From positions 10,416,001 to 10,480,000 of the forward strand of contig CATNEN010000003.1 in assembly GCA_950097015.1 (NCBI GenBank): DNA of 64,000 nt. Direction: 5' to 3'. This DNA is from Macrostomum hystrix. Lineage: Eukaryota > Animalia > Platyhelminthes. Under the pieces are notes generated by a model that had not been told where the DNA came from, made no database searches, and saw nothing but the letters and a program-made list of their open reading frames with translations. The translations under genes and the position numbers were made by a program. Below, one piece after another: positions 23,028 through 34,129 of this stretch (position 1 is the first letter of the stretch; each line of letters starts with the position of its first letter).

Positions 23028-23405
23028 ATGTCTAGCTGGATAAATTTGGAAAATCGCATCGCAAATGATATTCTTGAAAAAGTGGACAATTTATTGGAAA
23101 TTCTGGAAAGCAATATCTTGGAGTCAAGGCTACCAATCTTTTATCTGCTAATCGTCTGTGTCACCGTGATTCTAGCAGTGTTGGCTACCTGTTCCACAAT
23201 GATGCTAATGAAATCTAACTCGGCCATGGTGCTGGCCATCCAATCAGCCAAGAGTCACCAAGCTGAGGAGCGGTATCTGAGCATGCACGAACTACTCATG
23301 ACGGCTAGGGCAACTAAGAATAGTCTCGGATACGAAGTCAACGACGGTGGCGGTTCTTCTACCTTCCGAATCAGTGGAGGCGGCGGCAACGGCGTTCTTG
23401 GATAG
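23028..23405 (+). CDS. Hypothetical single-pass membrane protein, ~125 aa (upstream in-frame ATG at 22983)
   Basis: Non-repetitive ORF with coding-like composition and one hydrophobic segment (LPIFYLLIVCVTVILAVLATCSTMMLM). Acceptor-like TTTCCAAATAG at 23019 just before the ATG. No family recognised. Confidence 0.55.
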   Translation: MSSWINLENRIANDILEKVDNLLEILESNILESRLPIFYLLIVCVTVILAVLATCSTMMLMKSNSAMVLAIQSAKSHQAEERYLSMHELLMTARATKNSLGYEVNDGGGSSTFRISGGGGNGVLG

Positions 23406-23446
23406 CGAGGGCTGACAGTTCCGTCAGCACTGCAATGAACATTCAC

Positions 23447-24306
23447 TGTTCTAAGCCCTGACACTTGATTGTTCGAAGCCCTGACACTTGATTGCTCTAA
23501 GCCCTGACACTTGATTGTTCTAAGCCCTGACACTTGATTGTTCTAAGCCCTGACACTTGATTGTTCTAAGCCCTGACACTTGATTGTTCTAAGCCCTGAC
23601 ACTTGATTGTTCGAAGCCCTGACACTTGATTGTTCTAATCCCTGACACTTGATTGCTCTAAGCCCTGACACTTGATTGTTCGAAGCCCTGACACTTGATT
23701 GTTCTAAGCCCTGACACTTGATTGCTCTAAGCCCTGACACTTGATTGTTCGAAGCCCTTACACTTGATTGTTCTAAGCCCTGACACTTGATTGTTCTAAG
23801 CCCTGACACTTGATTGTTCTAAGCCCTGACACTTGATTGTTCGAAGCACTGACACTTGATTGTTCGAAGCCCTGACATTTGATTGCTCTAAGCCCAGACA
23901 CTTGATTGTTCTAAGCCCTGACACTTGATTGTTCTAAGCCCTGACACTTGATTGTTCTAAGCCCTGACACTTGATTGTTCTAAGCCCTGACACTTGATTG
24001 TTCTAAGCCCTGACACTTGATTGTTCGAAGCCCTGACACTTGATTGTTCTAAGCCCCGACACTTGATTGTTCTAAGCCCTGACACTTGATTGTTCGAAGC
24101 CCTGACACTTGATTGTTCTAAGCCCTGACACTTGATTGTTCGAAGCCCTGACACTTGATTGTTCTAAGCCCCGACACTTGATTGTTCTAAGCCCTGACAC
24201 TTGATTGTTCGAAGCCCTGACACTTGATTGTACGAAGCCCTGACACTTGATTGTTCGAAGCCCTGACACTTGATTGTTCTAAGCCCTGACACTTGATTGT
24301 TCTAAG
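23447..24306. repeat. 23-bp minisatellite TTGATTGTTCTAAGCCCTGACAC
   Basis: Tandem units. Confidence 0.96.
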
Positions 24307-25366
24307 GGATAACATTCCAACTGAGGTGATGACATTCCAACTGAGTGGATGACATTCCAACTGAGGTGATGACATTCCAACTGAGAGGATGACATTCCAA
24401 CTGAGTGGATGACATTCCAACTGAGGTGATGGTATTCCAACTGAGGTGATGACATTCCAACTGAGGTGATGGTATTCCAACTGAGGGGATGACATTCCAA
24501 CTGAGGTGATGACATTCCTACTGAGGTGATGGCATTCCAACTGAGAGGATGACATTCCAACTGAGAGGATGACATTCCAACTGAGAGGATGACATTCCAA
24601 CTGAGAGGATGACATTCCAACTGAGAGGATGACATTCCAACTGAGTGGATGACATTCCAACTGAGTGGATGACATTCCAACTGAGTGGATGACATTCCAA
24701 CTGAGTGGATGACATTCCAACTGAGAGGATGACATTCCAACTGAGAGGATGACATTCCAACTGAGAGGATGACATTCCAACTGAGAGGATGACATTCCAA
24801 CTGAGTGGATGACATTCCAACTGAGAGGATGACATTCCAACTGAGAGGATGACATTCCAACTGAGAGGATGACATTCCAACTGAGGTGATGACATTCCAA
24901 CTGAGTGGATGACATTCCAACTGAGGTGATGACATTCCAACTGAGTGGATGACATTCCAACTGAGGTGATGACATTCCAACTGAGAGGATGACATTCCAA
25001 CTGAGTGGATGACATTCCAACTGAGGTGATGGTATTCCAACTGAGGTGATGACATTCCAACTGAGGTGATGGTATTCCAACTGAGGGGATGACATTCCAA
25101 CTGAGGTGATGACATTCCTACTGAGGTGATGGCATTCCAACTGAGAGGATGACATTCCAACTGAGAGGATGACATTCCAACTGAGAGGATGACATTCCAA
25201 CTGAGAGGATGACATTCCAACTGAGAGGATGACATTCCAACTGAGGGGATAACATTCCAACTGAGGTGATGACATTCCAACTGAGTGGATGACATTCCAA
25301 CTGAGGTGATGACATTCCAACTGAGGTGACGGCATTCCAACTGAGGGGATAACATTCCTACTGAGG
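24307..25366. repeat. 20-bp minisatellite GACATTCCAACTGAG[GT/AG/TG]GAT with a 600-bp higher-order duplication
   Basis: The variant pattern at 24421-24540 is identical to 25021-25140. Confidence 0.96.
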
Positions 25367-25744
25367 AGCATAATACGTGAATCACGGCTAAGATACCAAA
25401 AGCATTGTCACCCTGCTGCAGTCGGATTGGCATTTTGAAAGCGAACCATTTTTAAACTAACAAACAATGCTACACCAAACGCTATTCTATTACGCTCGAC
25501 GAGTGCTTTTTCAATATAATTTTAGGCTGAATATAATCTATTTTGATGATTTGAGAATGCGGCGCTGTTTTAATGTGTAAAATCACTAAATCACTAATTT
25601 ACACGGAGAATTACTGGATAACTGACATTTGGGAGATCTATTTATTGTCTAAATTGATGGAATCGAGCATTAAACAAAAAAGCCTAATAATGCATTTCGG
25701 ATCTGTCAAATGACAATTCCAAATTGCTATATTGTCCCATTAAT

Positions 25745-27121
25745 TAGAATGGATTGCTAGTCTAGCCTCCCAGTGGGTGAAGGAATAGAATGGATTGCTA
25801 GTCTAGCCTCCCAGTGGGTGAAGGAATAGAATGGATTGCTAGTCTAGCCTCCCAGTGGGTGAAGGAATAGAATGGATTGCTAGTCTAGTCTCTCAGTGGG
25901 TGAAGGAATAGAATGGATTGCTAGTCTAGCCTCTCAGTGGATGAAGGAATAGAATGGATTGCTAGTCTAGCCTCTCAGTGGGTGAAGGAATAGAATGGAT
26001 TGCTAGTCCAGCCTCCCAGTGGATGAAGGAATAGAATGGATTGCTAGTCTAGTCTCTCAGTGGGTGAAGGAATAGAATGGATTGCTAGTCTAGCCTCTCA
26101 GTGGGTGAAGGAATAGAATGGATTGCTAGTCCAGCCTCCCAGTGGATGAAGGAATAGAATGGATTGCTAGTCTAGCCTCCCAGTGGGTGAAGGAATAGAA
26201 TGGATTGCTAGTCTAGTCTCTCAGTGGGTGAAGGAATAGAATGGATTGCTAGTCTAGCCTCTCAGTGGATGAAGGAATAGAATGGATTGCTAGTCCAGCC
26301 TCCCAGTGGATGAAGGAGTAGAATGGATTGCTAGTCTAGCCTCCCAGTGGGTGAAGGAATAGAATGGATTGCTAGTCTAGCCTCCCAGTGGGTGAAGGAA
26401 TAGAATGGATTGCTAGTCTAGTCTCTCAGTGGGTGAAGGAATAGAATGGATTGCTAGTCTAGCCTCTCAGTGGGTGAAGGAATAGAATGGATTGCTAGTC
26501 TAGCCTCTCAGTGGGTGAAGGAATAGAATGGATTGCTAGTCCAGCCTCCCAGTGGATGAAGGAATAGAATGGATTGCTAGTGTAGCCTCCCAGTGGGTGA
26601 AGGAATAGAATGGATTGCTAGTCTAGTCTCTCGTCGGATCAAGGAGTAGAATGGATTGCTAGTCTAGTCTCTCGTCGGATCAAGGAATAGAATGGATTGC
26701 TAGTCTAGCCTCTCAGTGGATGAAGGAATAGAATGGATTGCTAGTCTAACCTCCCAGTGGGTGAGGAATAGAATGGATTGCTAGTCTAGTCTCTCGTCGG
26801 ATCAAGGAGTAGAATGGATTGCTAGTCTAGTCTCTCGTCGGATCAAGGAGTAGAATGGATTGCTAGTCTAGCCTCTCGATGGATGTAGGAATAGAATGGA
26901 TTGCTACTCTAGCCTCTCGATGGATGAAGGAATAGAATGGGTTGCTACTCTAGCCTCTCGATGGATGAAGGAATAGAATGGGTTGCTACTCTAGCCTCTC
27001 GTCGTATCAAGGAATAGAATGGATTGCTAGTCTAGCCTCTCGTCGTATCAAGGAATAGAATGGATTGCTAGTCTAGTCTCTCGTCGTATCAAGGAATAGA
27101 ATGGATTGCTAGTCTAGCCTC
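25745..27121. repeat. 41-bp minisatellite TAGAATGGATTGCTAGTCTAGCCTCCCAGTGGGTGAAGGAA
   Basis: About 33 units; variants drift toward the 3' end. Confidence 0.96.
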
Positions 27122-28310
27122 AGTTCATAACCGAATGGAAGGAAAATTCTATATTGTTAGACATGTTCTGCGCTTCGCCATTGAATTATCTGATCACTAA
27201 AACGCAACGAATAGAACGTTAGGCTCAAGCACTCAGATAAATGACAATAGCTAGACTAAATTTTGAATCCTACGTTGGACTGATCTAAAGAAACGTTTTT
27301 ATTGTGCTGCAAAATTTGAACAACGGCTTATTTTTTAACAAAACTGTTTTCATATGAAATTTCATCAATTGATTATAATAATGGTAGCTATAATTTGAAC
27401 AATATTCGATACATCACACGAACACACTGAAAAAAAAGCATTTAAAGGATGGGCTTCTGATTTATAAAAATCTTTATTACCATGCAGAAGATCTTTTGTT
27501 GAAGCAATTTAACGAAAGAAAAAATACTCCCAAGCTGCAGTGAAACTTGGCTAAGTATTTAGGGAGTGAACTAAAATGAAGCTTTCAAATGGCATTAGCA
27601 AAAGGTCAGCTAATTAAGCCTCCGAAATGAAGTGACACTTGAGAATAAATTAAGAACTTATATAAGACCAACTGTCTGTTATGTGAGAAGTCACAGGAAG
27701 TGTACAGTACTTTATCCCCAAATGGGACACATCTTATGGTGTGACTATAGCTCAGGCACACACATATAAGTGTATATTGAGCTACAATGGTTGGTTAAGC
27801 TTGACTATTTTTTTAAATAATATATTAGTGCCACTGGGGTTGAACAACAGACAGTTAGGGCCTTGCATGCAGCTGTCGTAGCTTTTAACCTCGGGATCTC
27901 TTTGACCATTGAAGCGAGAATGGATTTGTGAGCAGCGATTTGTGATTGACCGGAGATAATGGTGACTATTTTTTGTCAAATCTTGTGTGATTTTGTCACT
28001 TAGTCATTAATTGACTTCTATATAATATACTTACAAGAGTTTTACTTGAGGCAGCGACTTGACAAGGTTCGATGGTGGCAGCGGTGGGATAAATTGAAAC
28101 AATATGCAGAGACGAAGTTGATAATAGATTATGAAGTGGGAATTGTTTAGGTAAGTAGCAGTATTATTGTTTGGTTCGTTAATTGAAGGAACAATTTACC
28201 TTTCGGGGTTTCCACACCAGCCCTGATTTTACTATATTAAGCGTCAGGACGTCTGACTGTTCAATTAGGACGACAGCGGGTCGCATGGACTGTAAAAATA
28301 TGTGACAAGG

Positions 28311-28717
28311 TAGAGATGAGACACGAGATAGATAAGACACGGGAGAGATGAGACACGGGAGAGATGAGACATGGGAGAGATGAGACACGGGAGAGATGAG
28401 ACACGGGAGAGATGAGACACGGGAGAGATGAGACACGGGAGAGATGAGACACGGGAGAGATGAGACACGGGAGAGATAAGACACGGGAGAGATGAGACAT
28501 GGGAGAGATGAGACACAGGAGAGACGAGACATCGAAGATATGAGACAGGGAAGAGATGAGAAATGAGAGAGATGAGACAGGGGAGAGATGAGATAGGGGA
28601 GAGATGAGATAGGGGAGAGATATGGCAGGGGAGAGATGAGAAACAGGGGACAGGGGAGCGATGAGACAGGGGAGAGCTTACAGGGGAGAGATGAGACACA
28701 GGAGAGATGAGACAGGA
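28311..28717. repeat. 16-bp purine-rich minisatellite GGGAGAGATGAGACAC (GATGAGACA family)
   Basis: Tandem units, decaying 3'. Confidence 0.92.
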
Positions 28718-28739
28718 TACTGTAGGTGTCGGAAGGGGC

Positions 28740-28805
28740 AACGGGCCGGCTTTGGGAGCTTCGAGGGCCGCATCTGGCCCGCGGGCCGGAGTTTGCCGAC
28801 CCCTG
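28740..28805. mobile_element. hAT-Charlie-like transposon terminal fragment
   Basis: GAGGGCCGCATCTGGCCCGCGGGCCGGAGTTTGCCGACCCCTG resembles the canonical Charlie/MER58-type end. No convincing partner TIR found. Confidence 0.7.
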
Positions 28806-30359
28806 AATTAGGTGAATATTTCCTAATTGAGTTGAGATTTTATTCGTTTTTTCTTTTTTTGAACATTCCGTTGATTTGTATTTTGAGAATTGGGATCTAC
28901 TCTAATCTTGTCTGGTTGTCCGTAGTTGACATTTATTTACGCTTGAAAGATTTCGTAGAATCTTTACTTTGTGCTCTGCTGGTTGATGCATGTAAATAAA
29001 GTTGAAAAAACGCAGCCATTTAATTTTAATTGCGAGCTGTCCTTGACACATATCGCTAAGAGTACGGAAGCGCAGCTGTAGATCAAAGTTGGCTAAATAT
29101 CTTCCGTTCTTGCATCTGCTGTCGAACTAATTCCAGGTTGTTCTTCAAACGGAAGAGATTTTTTGTTCGATGTAGCGGAAAAGAGCGAAGATACAAACTT
29201 TCCTAGAATCTGCTGCATATTGGCTTGCAGAAGAAGTGAGAGTTTACACACATCTCATGTGCAGCTGATTAATTATCAAAGTCTTAAAAGGATGGCTTGC
29301 ACACACGGTTGTCTCTTCATCGCAGCCTTTTTGTGAATGTGATAGTGTATAGTTGCGATAGTTGGTCGGGCAGCTTTGGCTGTTCTCATCGTGGCAAGTT
29401 GCAAATTTCTGGCGAGAGTACACATGATATCTTGCTGCTGGGGATAGTCAGAACTAATTAAGCAGCAGCAGCTATCGCGGCTCCTTTTTGATACTAATTG
29501 CGTCTCGGCTATAAGACCGCTCGGTTTTTGCCAAGACCCAGCTCAGATAACTTTTCATTCTGCATTCTACATGGGACGTTAGAATGCAGCTGTGTCCCGA
29601 CTGATAGCTTGTTACATGTAGCTAATACACATTAGCGTCAATTTTCGCAGTTAGTGCTTGGTTCTATAATACGCATGCGTGCACGCATGGTGCACCACTA
29701 AAGCTCTGCAATCATTTCCTCTATATATTTGCGTTCCATCATGATGCTAATTGAAGATCGATCATGCATTGTGCTCTCTCATTGCTTCAGACTTCTTCTT
29801 TACTTTTACCGGAGATAAACTAGAGTGCAACAGCTTGCACTTTACGTTTGCACTCGTACAAATCAGTACACGTTCGTTCGTTGAGCCTATGCGATGTTGA
29901 AATTTGCTACAAGACTTTTAAAGCAGAAAAATATCTAGTTTTTATTTTCTTCGCTGACGCCCTGTGATTTCATAGGAATTATAAGCAATTTTATAGCAAA
30001 AGTCTCTACAACGGTTTTCCCGTACATAAATCTGACATTGTTGGATGTACGTAAATTAAAACTAATACTTGATCAAACTGGTGCTAATTTGTTAAACTAA
30101 ATTCTACCTGCCATAATAAAAATCGTACTAATGTAACCGTTTGCCAAATTAATATTTACTCAGTGGAGCTTGTGACCAAAACCTTGAGAATTTGAAGCCC
30201 AGTGCCAATGTATATTTAAATAGTAAGAATTATCAGTAAATCCATTTTTACAGTCATACCTCAACTATGTACGCGTACGAGTACAACAAATTACTCAAAT
30301 TGATATTTCAGGACGCACCTGATTCAAAGTAAAGCATTTTATCCAACTGATCGTTTAAA

Positions 30360-30803
30360 ATGTCTACTCCAGATGATGCTAATAGAAGCAGTAAATTCAT
30401 GGATAATGCTCAGCAATGGATGCCAGTTACTGTGCCACTTGTGCCAAGTCATCAACCAGCTGCTAGATCTGTGACTCTGTTTTCAAATAGTCTTCAACAG
30501 CAGCAACAACAGCAGTTGCCACCGCCACCAAAGTTTAGCCTGACAGACCCAGACCTAGATAGTCCAAATTGGCAGTTTGCCGACTCAGATGGTCCGCCGG
30601 CGCATCTCTTGGTGTCATTGTATCAAAAGGTTGCAACTGAAGGTGTTGGCAAATTGCAATGGCAGAGGCCGATCATAGTTCAACAGGGCCAAAGTCTAGA
30701 GAACAATGCCCAGTTTGTTGGCCAAGCCATTCTACTTGCTCAGCAGCAGCAGCAGCAGCAGCAGCTGCAACAGCAGCAGTCTTATTATTCTGGTAATAAA
30801 TAG
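30360..30803 (+). CDS. 147-aa polyQ protein with a PAGR1/PA1 (PAXIP1-associated)-like motif
   Basis: W..ADSD..PPAHLLVSLYQKVATEGVGKLQWQRP resembles the PA1 core as I recall it (W....SD...P....I..LY..L...G.L.L.W..P). Acceptor TTTCAG at 30311, start context AAAATG, AT-rich 3' region with AATAAA at 31307. Confidence 0.6.
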   Translation: MSTPDDANRSSKFMDNAQQWMPVTVPLVPSHQPAARSVTLFSNSLQQQQQQQLPPPPKFSLTDPDLDSPNWQFADSDGPPAHLLVSLYQKVATEGVGKLQWQRPIIVQQGQSLENNAQFVGQAILLAQQQQQQQQLQQQQSYYSGNK

Positions 30804-31450
30804 TAATACCTGCAGAGATAATGATATTTTCATTCATTTAATGAGTGATTACAGTTTTTTTCTACCTTACAATCAGACTTTGATATTGTCTTTAGACATT
30901 GATAATAAACCAAAATTTGCGTGAGAAAGTTGCAAAATGTACTCGTATAATTTTGAACATAATGTCTTCCATTTTCATTAGTTTTTCTTTTACTCCGTAA
31001 CATATTTTTTCATTTCTTTATTAATCAGGCTACGAAATACTCGAGTTGTGCTACTATCAGTAGAAAAGATTTTTTGGTTTGCTTATTATTGCGTATATTT
31101 ATTTCATAAAATTAGTTTTTTCCTATTTTTTTCGCACGATTTACAGCAGCAGTTCTGTGATTTTCAATCTCTTGAGTTGCCTTATTTTTTATTGTATCCT
31201 GCACTTTTTTCGTTTTTTTGTGTTGTCGCTTTTTGGGTTACCTTATCTCCTTTTATACTTTATTAAAAAGAAGACTAATTGACAGCTAATTATGAATAAT
31301 TTTCTAAATAAATTATTTGACAAAAAAGAACTGATGATGACAAATGATTATTTCTTATTCTCATTGTCATCCTAATGAATTCTCACTGTCATTGCATTAG
31401 CATCTTGTCATCTGCTAATCGCTTATTATCATTCTATAATGATCTATAGA

Positions 31451-31695
31451 AGGGTTAGAGTGTCAGACTCGCGACTTGAAGGTCGGTGGTTCGATTCCCA
31501 ACTCCATTGAAACAATTTGTGTTTTTTTAGCTAGACACTTAACTAGCTATTTATTACTTCAGTTCACCCAGCTCTTAAGTAAGGTATCAGCACCAGCATC
31601 AGCATCAGTACCAGTCCATGGACTGAACAGCCGTACGCAGCTTTCCGGCTGTGCTGTCGGCTGCATATCTTATCCAATTGGGGGCAGGTCATAGA
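31451..31695 (+). mobile_element. SINE family B copy (diverged, internal deletions)
   Basis: GACTCGCGACTTGAAGGTCGGTGGTTCGATTCCCAA..GACACTTAACT..CAGTCCATGGACTGAACAGCCGTACGCAGC is shared with 44220-44500. Confidence 0.85.
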
Positions 31696-32299
31696 TCGGC
31701 TAATCCCCGAGGTCCGATGTACTATAACAATTAACTTTCATAGCCAGACTATTTATTGACAGGTAATACAGACGCTGCAGTGTTGATGATGCTCAAAGTA
31801 TGTTCTCAATCCTTCTCTTCTTAATCTCTGATCTGTCAAAATCCTAAAGCGTGCTTAATGATTTTGCACTGACAAAAATTACGTTGTATGTGGATTAAAT
31901 AGTCATGAAGGTGCGGAGACTTTACACAATCAATCATTGCGTGATAATAGATTAGTCAAAGTTGGATTGACAAGATAAGCTTAAGTTAAGACTAAGTACA
32001 CTAATAGTACAAAGGGATTACAAAACCTAATTGGGAGATGTTTAGATTAGAGCGTGGATTTTGTGATCAGAAGATTTTTATACGCTCGTATGGGCAGAAA
32101 TTAAAGATCGTCATTTAACTGCCGATATCTGAGTACTTCAACATAGGTCTAAAATGTGATACAGACAGACAAAAAGATTGCAGCAGGCTGAATGAGAGGG
32201 TAATGAAAATGTTATTAAGAGAAGCCGTATAGCTTTTTGAGATGTAAAGGAAAAGAGGCCATAGTTTCGGGATCTAAAGGAAAAGTGGCCCTCTAGTTT

Positions 32300-32484
32300 A
32301 ATAATAATATAATAATAATAATACGAGCTAATAATAATTGCAGGAGGGCTGCGGGCAATGGCACATCATTTAGCCTACTCTCCGAGGCTGCGCCCCAAAT
32401 AAATATGGCCTCGCCGTGGAATCGAACTTAGGGACCTTGGTGCGAGAGGCAAACGCGTTAACCACTCTGCCACCGACACCAGCC
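32300..32484 (-). mobile_element. SINE family A copy with ~205-bp internal deletion, inserted in a minisatellite
   Basis: The reverse complement matches 16010-16119 joined directly to 16326-16384. B-box GTTCGATTCC intact. Confidence 0.9.
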
Positions 32485-32559
32485 GTCTAAAAATTAAACT
32501 CTATCTAAAACCTAAACTCCATCTAAAACCTAAACTCCATCTAAAACCTAAACTCCATC

Positions 32560-33350
32560 TAAAACCTAAAGGAAAAAAGGCTATCTTTTTTGGGATCTAA
32601 AGGAAACGAGGCCAACTAGTTTTGGGGTCTAGAGGAAGCGAGGCCATCTCTAGTTTCGGGATCTAAGAAAAAGAAACCATCTAGTTTCGGGATCTAAAGG
32701 AAACGAGGCCATCTAGTTTCGGGATCTAAAGGAAACGAGGCCATCTAGTTTTGGGATCTAAAGGAAAAGAGGCCATCTAGTTTTGGGATCTAAAAGAAAA
32801 AGGCCATCTAGTTTTGGGATCTAAAGGAAAAGAGGCCATCTAGTTTTGGGATCTAAAGGAAAAGAGGCCATCTAGTTTTGGGATCTAAAAGAAAAGAGGC
32901 CATCTAGTTTTGGGATCTAAAAGAAAAAGGCCATCTAGTTTTGGGATCTAAAGGAAAAGAGGCCATCTAGTTTTGGGATCTAAAGGAAAAGAGGCCATCT
33001 AGTTTTGGGATCTAAAAGAAAAAGGCCATCTAGTTTTGGGATCTAAAAGAAAAAGGCCATCTAGTTTTGGGATCTAAAGGAAAAGAGGCCATCTAGTTTT
33101 GGGATCTAAAGGAAAAGAGGCCATCTAGTTTTGGGATCTAAAGGAAAAGAGGCCATCTAGTTTTGGGATCTAAAGGAAAAGAGGCCATCTAGTTTTGGGA
33201 TCTAAAGGAAAAGAGGCCATCTAGTTTTGGGATCTAAAAGAAAAAGGCCATCTAGTTTTGGGATCTAAAAGAAAAAGGCCATCTAGTTTTGGGATCTTAA
33301 TGAAGAGAAGCTGTAGAGTTTTGGGATCTTAATGAAAAGAGGCCGTATAG
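32560..33350. repeat. 31/32-bp minisatellite GAGGCCATCTAGTTTTGGGATCTAAAGGAAAA (further units at 32240-32299; short 18-bp array at 32486-32570)
   Basis: Tandem units on both sides of the SINE. Confidence 0.95.
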
Positions 33351-34129
33351 ATTTAATATCTAATCCATATCTAAGAATATAATATAGACTCATAGGATTC
33401 TAAGCCATTGCAAATTTGCCTTATAGACAGGCATCGTTTTCAACCATGCATTCTGTCGTAACTCTCATATTTATATACCAGTTCCATACCGAGCTCACAG
33501 AACTGGTTGAATGGTCTGTTGTGCTAGCAAAAGCTATAGTTTGAAAGACACTAGAAGGCATGCAGTGTTATTTTTCACACTCAACAGCTCCATTTACTAT
33601 TTTAAGGATTTGGCACTGTAAATTACCTTCATTTTTTCGTCTCATTCTTCTGAATTTCTATTATACAGTTTGCGCAGAATAAAATATTTTTTCAAACACA
33701 ATGCCCCTACGTCGCATAGAGTCCGATATAACACAGCTGTCTATCTTCATTCATCTCTATTTCTCGCTTAGACACTTAAGCATGCACGCTCACACAGCAG
33801 TTTAAATTTTCTAAACCGCAATAAGCTGCTGTTGCAATCTTGAAGATAAACATTGCTACTGCATACTGCGAGACAGACTATGCCAGCTAAGCATGAATTT
33901 ATCACAGTCGTTAAATATAGAACAATGTACGAGTACAATTGTTAATGCCATGAGAGCACGCAACGCTTTGTTTACTCAAATCTCACAGCGCGGCTACATT
34001 AGGCGATGTCGTAAGCTTGAGGCGCAGTGGGCTTAGTCCATGCCCAGTGTAAATGGTTTAATTAAAATTATGCCGAAAAAATTACTATAGTAACATCCCT
34101 CCCACTTTCCTAATAACTTCCCTCTCAGT

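Noticed and set aside
24187-25433. 380-390 aa Cys/His-rich repeat ORFs
   Set aside because: Translation of a 20-bp minisatellite that is open in several frames.
31790-32220. Possible highly decayed reverse-transcriptase fragment
   Set aside because: Only vague similarity, many stops and no intact YADD-type motif; needs a profile search.
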